A stretch of 64,000 bases of DNA from Fidelibacterota bacterium (GCA_002703375.1 NZTO01000006.1:1101-65100), one strand, 5' to 3'. Counted from the stretch's first letter, positions 37,449 through 46,347 are shown. Notes: a model not told the origin generated them from the sequence alone. Program-made: numbers and translations.

Positions 37449-38186
37449 ATGAAAACAACAAAATTAATAATAACTTCATTAGTAGTATCATCTTTGGTAA
37501 TGGGATCTGCTACAATAGGTTTTAACAAAACTGTCGCTGAATCTAGTGATTCTAAAGTTAATTTAGCTATTGAGTCTAACGAGGATGTGTATGGTCTTCA
37601 ATTTGAAATAAAATACAACACTGATGAATTAGTACTTAATAGTATCACATCAAAGGTAGATGGATTGACATTTGAGTATAGAGAAAAAGATAGCGGTATC
37701 GTAAAAGGTTTATTATTCAGTATGCAAGGGATAGCTATATCAAATTCTGATAATTTGTCAAATCTTCTTGAATTTGATTTTTCAGAAAAAGATAATTTTA
37801 ATGGATCTAGTACTGTTGAATTCATTGATATCATTTTAGCGGGTCAACATGGATCAAGCATTGATGTATCTGCATCAAGTTTTGATGTAAATACAAATAT
37901 TGTTCCTGTTTCAACAAACCTCGGTTCAAATTATCCAAACCCATTTAACCCAACAACATCAATTGACTATTCAATTGGTGAAAGTGGAATGACATCATTG
38001 ACAATTTATGATTTAAATGGTGCAGTTGTTAAAAATTTAGTTTCTCAATCACTTGAAGCTGGAAACTACCAAGCTGTATGGAATGCTACCAATAATAGCG
38101 GTAATCCTGTTGCTAGTGGCAGATATATCTTAAAAATGACAGCTCCTAATTACTCAGAAACAATTACCATGACTCTCTTAAAATAA
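37449..38186 (+). CDS. Small secreted cohesin-like domain protein with T9SS C-terminal sorting domain
   Basis: GGAG SD. Signal peptide MKTTKLIITSLVVSSLVMGSA. VYGLQFEIKYNTDELVLNSITSKVDG is cohesin-like. C-terminal YPNPFNPTTSIDYSI...LTIYDLNGAVVKNL...ASGRYILKM. Confidence 0.75.
   Translation: MKTTKLIITSLVVSSLVMGSATIGFNKTVAESSDSKVNLAIESNEDVYGLQFEIKYNTDELVLNSITSKVDGLTFEYREKDSGIVKGLLFSMQGIAISNSDNLSNLLEFDFSEKDNFNGSSTVEFIDIILAGQHGSSIDVSASSFDVNTNIVPVSTNLGSNYPNPFNPTTSIDYSIGESGMTSLTIYDLNGAVVKNLVSQSLEAGNYQAVWNATNNSGNPVASGRYILKMTAPNYSETITMTLLK
37554..37889 (+). other. Cohesin-like module
   Basis: The pattern V.L.I......VYG.QF.I.Y....L......S.V.GL.F......G.......S resembles cohesin beta-sandwich sequences. 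Assigned from memory only. Confidence 0.5.
37929..38183 (+). other. T9SS/FlgD-like C-terminal sorting domain
   Basis: NYPNPFNPTTSIDYSIGESGMTSLTIYDLNGAVVKNLVSQSLEAGNYQAVWNATNNSGNPVASGRYILKM. Confidence 0.75.
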
Positions 38187-38208
38187 TTAACAGTAGAGTT
38201 ATTATTAA

Positions 38209-38239
38209 GCCCTGTTCGGCCGGACAGGGCTTTTTTTTT
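38209..38239 (+). terminator. Rho-independent terminator
   Basis: gccctgttc-ggcc-ggacagggc stem-loop followed by a run of nine T. Confidence 0.85.
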
Positions 38240-38323
38240 ATATTTTATAAATTTATATATCTTGATTTTAACTATTTATAAAAAGTAATTTATTAATAAT
38301 TAATTTTTTTTTATCGTTTAATA

Positions 38324-39676
38324 ATGTTAAATATTGTCATAATTGGTGCAGGTGAGGTTGGTTACAATCTAGCAAAATCATTAAGTAAAAATGATTATGA
38401 AATAACTGTAATTGATATAGATCCAGTAAAATGCAAACGCTTAAAAGAAAATATTGATGCAATGGTAATTGAAGGCGATGGAGGATCACAACGTATTCTT
38501 CAAGATGTAGGTTTTGAAAGAGTTGATTATCTATTGGCTATGACTAGAGTTGATGAAGTTAATTTAGTTGCATCACGTATGGCTCGTAAAATAGGTGCTA
38601 AAAATATTATATGTAGATTGCGAAATACTGAGTATCAACACAAAGATGCAATTATAACGCCCGAACAGTTTGGTATTGATTTTGTAACTTATCCTGAAAA
38701 AGCTGCGAAAGATGAAATAGAAAATTTAGTCAGACAATCTTCAAGTTCTGAAATTCAGAAATTCAAAAATAATAAGTTTACTTTAATTGGAATTAAATTA
38801 GAAGCATCATCACCATTAATTGGAAGAACCGCCAAAAGTGTAGAATTAGCTAATCCTTTTGTACCACACAAATTGGTTGTAATTAATAGAAAAGAAAAAA
38901 ATTTCATTCCACATGAAAATTCGCGATATAAAAAAGATGATATCGCTTACTTTATGTCAAAAACTAGAGATTTAGATAAAGTCCAGCAAATTGCAGGTAA
39001 ACCTGCAATTGATATCAAAAATATTATGATATTAGGTGCAGGTAAAATTGGTAGAATGCTAGCAAAGTCCTTGCAGAAAGATTATAATATAAGATTAATT
39101 GAAAAAAATAAAGACAAAGCTGAGTGGGTTAGTATTCATTATCCTGGCATACTAATATTAAAGGGATCTGGAACAGATATTGAATTTCTTGAGTCTGAAA
39201 ATATATCTGAAGTTGATTGTTTTATTGCTGCTACAGAAAATGAACAAACTAATATCCTGTCAACTATGCTTGCTAAGGATTTAGGTGCAAAACAAGCTAT
39301 AGTTCATATCTTATCTACTAGTTATCTTCCTGCTGTACGAAGAATTGGAGTTGATGCAATTGTAAGTAAAAATATATCTGCAGTTAATGAAGTTATTAAA
39401 AATATGCATAGTGATAAAACAGTATCCATTTCACATTTTGAAGATATTGATGTAGAGGTATTGGAATTAACGGTTACAAATAATTCTAATATTATTAAGA
39501 AGAAGTACACCATTGATCAAATCCCTGAAGATATTAAAATTGGGGGAATAATAAGAAATAACAAATCCTTAATTTTAGATCAAAATAATCACATCATGCC
39601 AAACGACGAAATTATTGTTTTTGCAAAAGAGGAAAGCTTAGAAAAAGCCAAAAGCTTATTCCAACAAAATGCTTAA
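38324..39676 (+). CDS. trkA: Trk potassium uptake system, NAD-binding subunit TrkA
   Basis: Two Rossmann units (IVIIGAGEVGYNLAKSL and IMILGAGKIGRMLAKSL), each followed by a TrkA-C region. Confidence 0.9.
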   Translation: MLNIVIIGAGEVGYNLAKSLSKNDYEITVIDIDPVKCKRLKENIDAMVIEGDGGSQRILQDVGFERVDYLLAMTRVDEVNLVASRMARKIGAKNIICRLRNTEYQHKDAIITPEQFGIDFVTYPEKAAKDEIENLVRQSSSSEIQKFKNNKFTLIGIKLEASSPLIGRTAKSVELANPFVPHKLVVINRKEKNFIPHENSRYKKDDIAYFMSKTRDLDKVQQIAGKPAIDIKNIMILGAGKIGRMLAKSLQKDYNIRLIEKNKDKAEWVSIHYPGILILKGSGTDIEFLESENISEVDCFIAATENEQTNILSTMLAKDLGAKQAIVHILSTSYLPAVRRIGVDAIVSKNISAVNEVIKNMHSDKTVSISHFEDIDVEVLELTVTNNSNIIKKKYTIDQIPEDIKIGGIIRNNKSLILDQNNHIMPNDEIIVFAKEESLEKAKSLFQQNA

Positions 39677-41147
39677 AAAACAGGTTTTTTATATTGTTGG
39701 TCTAATTCTACTTTTTTTAAGCGCAGCATTAAGTATCAGTTCTCTTTGGAGTCTTTATTACGATTTCTATTTAAATCAAGATAACGATTTAATGTCTTTT
39801 ATTTATTCCATTTTTATCACTTTTTTTAGCAGTATTATTTTAATTATTATAACCAGGAATAGAGATAGGTCTGAAATTACAAATAAAGATGGATTTGCTA
39901 TTGTAACTCTAGGTTGGATGCTAATAGTTTTTTTTAGTTCTTTGCCATATTATTTTTATGGAAATGGTTTTACATTCACTAATGCATTTTTTGAATCAAT
40001 GTCTGGACTAACTACAACTGGAGCAACAATTCTTGGACATTCCTCCACACCATCAATTGAGTCTTTACCTCATGGATTATTATTTTGGAGAAGTTTTACT
40101 CAATTTATAGGAGGTATGGGCATAATTGTTTTTAGTATTGCCATACTTCCATTGCTAGGGATGGGAGGAGTACAATTATTTCGTGCTGAAGTAGCTGGTC
40201 CAGTTGCTGATAAAATGACTCCAAGAGTTAAGCAAACTGCTAAGCTCTTATGGACTATTTATTTAGGTTTAGTTTTAATATTAACAATACTCCTACTTAT
40301 TCAGGGTTTAAGTTTTCATGATTCTATTTGTCATGCTTTTACTACTATTGCTACTGCTGGTTTTTCTACAAAGAATGCTAGTATTGGTGCTTTTAACCCA
40401 ACGGTTCAATGGACTATTATCGTATTTATGTTTATTGCTGGAACGAGTTTCACCTTGCATTATATTTTTATTTCAAATAAAAAAATGGAATATTTAAAGG
40501 ATACGGAATTCAAAGTTTTTTCAGGAATGATAGTTATATGTTCTTTGATTTTTCTTATTAACATAGTTAATTCTGACTTGTATAAACTTAATTTTGAATC
40601 TGTAAGACATTCAATATTTAACGCAGTTACCATAATAACTACTACAGGATTTACAACAGAAAATTATGGAGAGTGGCCTGCATTATCTAAAACTTTGGTA
40701 TTTTTTTTATTTTTTGTGGGAGGGTGTGCTGGCTCAACTACTGGAGCAATGAAAATAATTCGTTCAATCCTCATTTACAAATATTTGGTATCTGAAATAC
40801 GTAAGATGCTTCATCCTAACGGTGTTTTTCCATTAAGAATTAATGGTAATGTAGTTCCTGATGATATTGTAAAAAAGACTTTAGGTTTTTATCTTTTTTA
40901 TATTTTTATATTTGTTTTTACAGCATTGATATTTGCAATGTTAGGTTTAGATGTTGAAACAGCCTTGTCAGCGTCTGCAAGTTCAATTGGGAATATTGGT
41001 CCAGCTTTAGGATCTGTTGGTCCTGCTCACAATTGGGCACACCTTCCAGAATTAGCGAAATGGTTAGCATCATTTTGTATGCTTTTAGGAAGATTAGAAA
41101 TTTTTACAGTTATGGTATTGTTTAGTAGAACTTTTTGGAAAAAATGA
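39669..41147 (+). CDS. trkH: Trk/Ktr potassium transporter membrane subunit TrkH
   Basis: Polytopic. Selectivity-filter-like segments SGLTTTGAT, ATAGFST, TTTGFTT and SIGNIGPALG. Confidence 0.9.
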   Translation: MLKKQVFYIVGLILLFLSAALSISSLWSLYYDFYLNQDNDLMSFIYSIFITFFSSIILIIITRNRDRSEITNKDGFAIVTLGWMLIVFFSSLPYYFYGNGFTFTNAFFESMSGLTTTGATILGHSSTPSIESLPHGLLFWRSFTQFIGGMGIIVFSIAILPLLGMGGVQLFRAEVAGPVADKMTPRVKQTAKLLWTIYLGLVLILTILLLIQGLSFHDSICHAFTTIATAGFSTKNASIGAFNPTVQWTIIVFMFIAGTSFTLHYIFISNKKMEYLKDTEFKVFSGMIVICSLIFLINIVNSDLYKLNFESVRHSIFNAVTIITTTGFTTENYGEWPALSKTLVFFLFFVGGCAGSTTGAMKIIRSILIYKYLVSEIRKMLHPNGVFPLRINGNVVPDDIVKKTLGFYLFYIFIFVFTALIFAMLGLDVETALSASASSIGNIGPALGSVGPAHNWAHLPELAKWLASFCMLLGRLEIFTVMVLFSRTFWKK

Positions 41148-41491
41148 TAAAACGTACTATAATTTCAAAATTAAAAGAAGGCAGAATAATGTACGGTTTT
41201 TATTTATGTAATTTTAAAAATATAAAATATTCAAAAAATGAAAAAATATTTCTTGATATCACATTATCCGATCATTCTGGAGTAATTAATGCAAAGTTAT
41301 GGGAAAATGTAAATTTGTTTTCAAAAAGATTCAATGCGGGTGATTTTGTTGCGGTTAAAGGCAAACCTTTAACTTATTATAATAAAATATATATTAATAT
41401 ATTTTCAATTAAAAGAGCAGAAAAACATATTTTTTCAGATTATGGTTTTCAAAGTTTTATTAAAAATAATGATCATAAAAAAATATTATAA
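41144..41491 (+). CDS. Stand-alone OB-fold protein resembling the N-terminal domain of YhaM-type OB+HD exoribonucleases
   Basis: ATGA overlap with the trkH stop. LKEGRIMYGFYL...KIFLDITLSDHSGVINAKLWENV...FNAGDFVAVKGKPLTYYNKIYINIFSIKRA. No HD domain follows. Confidence 0.55.
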   Translation: MIKRTIISKLKEGRIMYGFYLCNFKNIKYSKNEKIFLDITLSDHSGVINAKLWENVNLFSKRFNAGDFVAVKGKPLTYYNKIYINIFSIKRAEKHIFSDYGFQSFIKNNDHKKIL

Positions 41492-41536
41492 ATTTTAATT
41501 ATTTTAATAATAAATAATTCGTTTAAATTATATACT

Positions 41537-42049
41537 ATGAATTCAAAAAATATTACTGTAGCTTTAATTATTTCAATTGCTATCCTTTCTCGTTTGATTT
41601 ATCATCCTCCGAATTTCACACCTTTGTTTTCAGTTTGTATATTTGCAGGAATGATGTTTAAGCAAAAAAGGTTAATGTTTTTAGTGCCTTTCTTGTGTAT
41701 GTTTATTAGCGACTTAATTATTGGCTTGCACGATACGTTACTCTTTGTATATCTATCTTTTACTATAGTCATATTACTTGGTAAAACATTGAATGATAAT
41801 TACAGTTTTTCTAAATTACTTGGAACTATTTTTGCTTCAAATTTAATATTCTTTTTAATTACTAATTTTGCAGTTTGGTATTTTCAATATGGGTTTTATG
41901 AACATTCAATTAGAGGATTACTTACCTGTTATTATTTAGCTTTACCATTTGTCAAAAATTCTTTGCTCAGTAACCTTTTCTTTACGCCTTGTTTAATATA
42001 TTCTTATAAGTATATTGAAAATAAATATCCAATATTTTTAAAAACGTAA
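41537..42049 (+). CDS. DUF6580-like polytopic membrane protein
   Basis: LSRLIYHPPNFTPLFSVCIFAGMMF and FFLITNFAVW...GLLTCYYLALPF resemble my memory of DUF6580. 5-6 TM segments. Confidence 0.5.
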   Translation: MNSKNITVALIISIAILSRLIYHPPNFTPLFSVCIFAGMMFKQKRLMFLVPFLCMFISDLIIGLHDTLLFVYLSFTIVILLGKTLNDNYSFSKLLGTIFASNLIFFLITNFAVWYFQYGFYEHSIRGLLTCYYLALPFVKNSLLSNLFFTPCLIYSYKYIENKYPIFLKT

Positions 42050-43546
42050 ATGTATAGTTGTTTAAAAATAGAATTAAACCGCTTATTAAATAAGCGGTTT
42101 TTTATTTTCTTTTTTTTATTTTCAATTATTTTTACAAATAATTTTAATTATATACCAATTTATACAGATCAGATTGGACATTCAGTTTACTATTATAACA
42201 TTAACGATAGATCAATAACGGATGATCTCTTTTATAATAATATTTTTATTGATGGTATTAAAAAATATTCACGATCAAGTTATTTTATAAAAAATCCTGA
42301 CCAATCAGATTGGAAAAATTATTTTATTTATCGTCAAGGTGATTATATTTATCGAGAACTTAATATAGGAAGCAACTATGTCTTAACCGATTCATTAAAT
42401 ATCAAAGTTCACGGACAGTCAAAATCTTTTCCTGGAGAATTTGCCTTGCTTGGTCCTAGCGAGAACAATTTTAAAGATAACGTGCTTCAAAATTATATAA
42501 TTAATTTAAATTCTAACAAACTAGATTTAGGTTTTATGTATCACATAGAAAATATTGGGTTACCTTTGAATAATTATGAATATTTAAACAAAAAGTATGA
42601 AACAATACATTTTGGTTTAAAGCATAAAAGTAGTTTTAAAAAATTAAAATACAATTTTTCTTATTTTGTTGATACAGGTAGTTTGGATATATACAAAGAA
42701 ATTAATTATTTATCTGAACTTATAATTCTAAATTTCTTTATCGAAAATAATTTTTTAGATTTTAATGTTAAATCATTTAATAAAAATTTTATTTCAAGTA
42801 TTGATACATCTACCAATATATTAAAAAATAATTTAAATTATTTAAAATTTGATTTTATTCCAAATTATTTTGACAAAAATTTAATCCTAGGTTTTGATAT
42901 TAAAGACAAAGAACTTTATTTTACATTTTATTTAATTTATAAATATGAAAATTTAAGATTAAAGCTCTACAAAGATAATTTTTATAAAGATTTTATTAAT
43001 GATGCTAATTTAGATTCTTACTTTATCGATTCATTTAAAAGTGAAAATATTATTTTTGAAACATCATTAAATTTTCAAAAGATCATCAACAATCTGAAAG
43101 TTATTAGAAATATTGAAAAAAATAACACCAATCTTTCTTTTATAAATAGTACGAAAATTGATTTTTCTTATTGTAATTTGAATGTTAAATATTACCATAA
43201 TCAAGCAGATTATAATTATATAAAAAATTATATAAATTATAATTTTCATTTTTCACCAAATCTATTTTGGTCAGATAGATATAAATTCTCTTTTGACGTA
43301 AATTATAATGATTATAAGGTCAATGATAGAAATCCAGTTAATTTAGATAACATTTTTCATTCTTTTTCAAATATTGAAAATAAAAGTGACAATTTTTATA
43401 ATCTTAAATTTGGTTTAATAGTTGAAAAATTTAAATTTACATATAACATTAATTTTATTTCCAATGAAGGCTTTAATCTTTCAAATACTTTTTTACCAAT
43501 AAATAAAATAGCTTTCTTCCAAGTAGATTGGATATTTAATGATTAA
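42050..43546 (+). CDS. Hypothetical secreted protein, possibly an outer-membrane beta-barrel; extremely N/Y/K/F/I-rich
   Basis: 498-aa ORF with no alternative canonical start. Hydrophobic FFIFFFLFSIIF after a basic n-region. Alternating strand-like pattern. 17% GC in a hand-counted 60-nt sample (42601-42660). Confidence 0.55.
   Translation: MYSCLKIELNRLLNKRFFIFFFLFSIIFTNNFNYIPIYTDQIGHSVYYYNINDRSITDDLFYNNIFIDGIKKYSRSSYFIKNPDQSDWKNYFIYRQGDYIYRELNIGSNYVLTDSLNIKVHGQSKSFPGEFALLGPSENNFKDNVLQNYIINLNSNKLDLGFMYHIENIGLPLNNYEYLNKKYETIHFGLKHKSSFKKLKYNFSYFVDTGSLDIYKEINYLSELIILNFFIENNFLDFNVKSFNKNFISSIDTSTNILKNNLNYLKFDFIPNYFDKNLILGFDIKDKELYFTFYLIYKYENLRLKLYKDNFYKDFINDANLDSYFIDSFKSENIIFETSLNFQKIINNLKVIRNIEKNNTNLSFINSTKIDFSYCNLNVKYYHNQADYNYIKNYINYNFHFSPNLFWSDRYKFSFDVNYNDYKVNDRNPVNLDNIFHSFSNIENKSDNFYNLKFGLIVEKFKFTYNINFISNEGFNLSNTFLPINKIAFFQVDWIFND
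42076..42110 (+). terminator. Terminator-like hairpin plus T-tract located inside the 5' end of the 42050 ORF
   Basis: aaaccgctta-ttaaa-taagcggttt followed by ttttattttcttttttttt. Sits 27 nt after the upstream stop codon. Confidence 0.55.
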
Positions 43547-43643
43547 ATCGTATTTTTTTAAAAAAACACATAAAAATTATATAAAATTTTATATAATTTA
43601 TGATTGTTAAAAATAATGTAATTAATCTATTTAGGAGTATTTT

Positions 43644-43970
43644 ATGAGTGATGTTTTTGTTGATTTTAGTGATGATAGTTTTGAAAATGATGTACTGAAG
43701 TCGGACCTTCCTGTACTTGTAGATTTTTGGGCTGAATGGTGTGGCCCATGTAAAATGTTAACACCTGTCATTGAAGAAATTGCTGCTGAGTTTAATGGTA
43801 AAATAAAATGTGGTAAAGTCAATGTAGATAATTGTCCTAACACAGCATCCTCATATGGTATAAGAAGTATCCCTAGTCTTTTATTTTTTAAGAATGGTAA
43901 AGTGGAAGAGCAGCTAGTAGGAGCTGTACCAAAACAACAGATTGTCGATATACTAAACAAGTTAGGTTAG
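43644..43970 (+). CDS. trxA: Thioredoxin
   Basis: VLVDFWAEWCGPCKMLTP active site, 108 aa. AGGAG SD. Confidence 0.95.
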   Translation: MSDVFVDFSDDSFENDVLKSDLPVLVDFWAEWCGPCKMLTPVIEEIAAEFNGKIKCGKVNVDNCPNTASSYGIRSIPSLLFFKNGKVEEQLVGAVPKQQIVDILNKLG

Positions 43971-43974
43971 AAGT

Positions 43975-44904
43975 ATGTTAGAAAATGTTATAATTATTGG
44001 TTCAGGTCCTGCAGGTTTTACGGCAGCTCTTTATGCAGCTAGAGCAAATTTAAAACCACTGTTATTTGAAGGTAATCAGCCTGGTGGACAGTTAACTATA
44101 ACCACAGATGTTGAAAATTATCCAGGTTTTGTCAATGGTATTATGGGACCTGATCTAATGAATGTTTTTCGTGAACAAGCAAAAAGATTTGGCACTAGAG
44201 CTTTGTTTGAAAATATCGATAAAGTTGACTTTAGCACAAGACCTTTTAAATTATGGTCAGGGGATAAAAAATATGAGTCTAACACTGTAATTTTGGCTAC
44301 TGGTGCTTCAGCAAAATTGCTTGGTTTAGAAAATGAACAAAAGTTGATGGGTCACGGTGTTTCAGCTTGTGCAACTTGTGATGGATATTTTTATAAGGAT
44401 AAAAAAGTTATTGTTGTTGGAGGAGGTGATTCTGCAGCTGAAGAGGCTACTTTTTTAACCAAATTTGCATCCGAGGTTGTCCTAGTCCATAGACGGGATG
44501 AACTTAGAGCATCTAAAATTATGCAAGATAGAGTTTTTCAAAACCCAAAAATATCTTTGTTGTGGAATTCTTCTATTGCTGATTTTATGGGAGATGTTGA
44601 ATCAGGAGGTCTCAAATCAGTTAAAGTTAAAAATACACTTGACGGTTCTATTTCAGATTTAAAGTGTGATGGTGCATTTATTGCTATTGGACATAAACCA
44701 AATTCATCTATATTCGTTGATCAAATTGAATTAGATAAATCCGGATATGTCATTACTAAAAGTGATTCAACTTTAACATCTATTCCTGGCATATTTGCTG
44801 CAGGTGATTTACAAGATACTGTATACAGGCAAGCCATTACTGCTGCAGGATCAGGTTGTATGGCTGCTATGGATGCTGAAAAGTATTTAGAATCCCTACA
44901 TTAA
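43975..44904 (+). CDS. trxB: Thioredoxin-disulfide reductase
   Basis: IIIGSGPAGFTAALYAAR, GVSACATCDG redox CxxC, VVGGGDSAAEEA and FAAGDLQD. Confidence 0.95.
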   Translation: MLENVIIIGSGPAGFTAALYAARANLKPLLFEGNQPGGQLTITTDVENYPGFVNGIMGPDLMNVFREQAKRFGTRALFENIDKVDFSTRPFKLWSGDKKYESNTVILATGASAKLLGLENEQKLMGHGVSACATCDGYFYKDKKVIVVGGGDSAAEEATFLTKFASEVVLVHRRDELRASKIMQDRVFQNPKISLLWNSSIADFMGDVESGGLKSVKVKNTLDGSISDLKCDGAFIAIGHKPNSSIFVDQIELDKSGYVITKSDSTLTSIPGIFAAGDLQDTVYRQAITAAGSGCMAAMDAEKYLESLH

Positions 44905-44951
44905 TTAATTTCATTATTTTTTTAATTATATTATTAAAAAAATAAATCATT

Positions 44952-45638
44952 ATGAATAAAATTTCAGTGTTTATTGCTGGTGAAACTAGCTCTGCAATAA
45001 AAAGTAAAGTTGGACCGAAGAAGAACTGGTATTTAAATGTTCTTCCTTGTTCTGATTCTAACGTATCTTTTTATGATATTTATAAAGATGACAATTTCCC
45101 TTCTTTAGAAAGTGATGACCTATGGATTATAAGTGGAAGCGAATATTCTGTATATGATGATTTAACTTGGCTAAATAGTTTTAAATATAAGATTTTAGAA
45201 GCTATAAATAGAGGTAAACCAATATTAGGTGTATGTTTTGGTCATCAGTTATTAGCGAATGTTTTAGGAGGAACTGTAGTTAAAAATAAATTAGGTTGGG
45301 AGGTTGGATATGCTCCCATTGAATTAACTAGTAATGGATCTAATTCTTTATTGTTTAATAATTTTTCAACCAGTTTTTATGCAGCAGAAACACATCAGGA
45401 TATTGTTCATGAACTTCCTGCTAAATGTACAATTCTCGCAAAAAATAATATGGGAATACAATCATTCTCTTATAATGATCACATATTCGGCGTACAGTTC
45501 CATCCTGAATTTAATCAAAAGATTTTAGATTGTTACATTAAACTACGTTCTGGCAGTAACATTGATATAATATACCCTAATAAGAAAAATATTAACATTA
45601 GTTCATTAATTTTCAAAAACTTTATAAATAAATTTTAG
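44952..45638 (+). CDS. Class I glutamine amidotransferase-like protein
   Basis: PILGVCFGHQLLANVLGG (nucleophile elbow Cys) and FGVQFHPEF. Confidence 0.75.
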   Translation: MNKISVFIAGETSSAIKSKVGPKKNWYLNVLPCSDSNVSFYDIYKDDNFPSLESDDLWIISGSEYSVYDDLTWLNSFKYKILEAINRGKPILGVCFGHQLLANVLGGTVVKNKLGWEVGYAPIELTSNGSNSLLFNNFSTSFYAAETHQDIVHELPAKCTILAKNNMGIQSFSYNDHIFGVQFHPEFNQKILDCYIKLRSGSNIDIIYPNKKNINISSLIFKNFINKF

Positions 45639-45648
45639 GAAGGTAAAT

Positions 45649-46347
45649 ATGCAAATCCCTTTATTTTCAATGAATAATTTAATTGTTAAAAGTAAAAATA
45701 TACAGAGACTTTATATTAAATCTTTTGACATTCATAGAGGAGCTATTTATTTAGTTTCTGGGAAACCAGGATCTGGTAAAACAACCTTACTTGATACTGT
45801 AAGTAAAAAAAATAAAATTAGTAATGGATCCTTATTTTATGAAAATTCAGATATCTATAGTTCTTCAAATAAATCCTTCAACAACGAACTTGCTTACGTT
45901 TCCCAAGTTTGTAAGCCTAGATGGTTTTCTGTTGAATATTATATGTTACAAGTTATAAGTAAAACTAATCATAGAAAAGATGATGCCAAAAAACATATGA
46001 ATAAAATATGCAAACAATTTAATTGTTCTTATTTAATTGATAGAAAGATTAGGAATCTTACTCCTGGGCAATTGAGATTAATTATGTTAGCAGCTGCTAT
46101 TGCAGCAGATTCAAAAGTATTAGTAATTGATGAACTTGAGCAACATCTAACAAAAGAAACATTACGTTTAGTTATGAAAATCTTACAAAGAAAAAGTAAC
46201 TATGATGGTGTGAGTATAATTGCTAGCACTTTAAACCCAGAGTTGATATCAAGCATTGCATCAGTTCATATAACTTTATCAGATGGAAGAATAACAAGCG
46301 TTAGAAGCAATATGAAAAGAAGTAGAAATAGAAGAAGTAAAAGATGA
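45649..46347 (+). CDS. Orphan ABC-type ATPase with degenerate signature motif and basic C-terminal tail
   Basis: Walker A GKPGSGKTT, signature-position LTPGQLRL, Walker B VLVIDELEQH, tail MKRSRNRRSKR. No adjacent permease gene. Confidence 0.65.
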   Translation: MQIPLFSMNNLIVKSKNIQRLYIKSFDIHRGAIYLVSGKPGSGKTTLLDTVSKKNKISNGSLFYENSDIYSSSNKSFNNELAYVSQVCKPRWFSVEYYMLQVISKTNHRKDDAKKHMNKICKQFNCSYLIDRKIRNLTPGQLRLIMLAAAIAADSKVLVIDELEQHLTKETLRLVMKILQRKSNYDGVSIIASTLNPELISSIASVHITLSDGRITSVRSNMKRSRNRRSKR

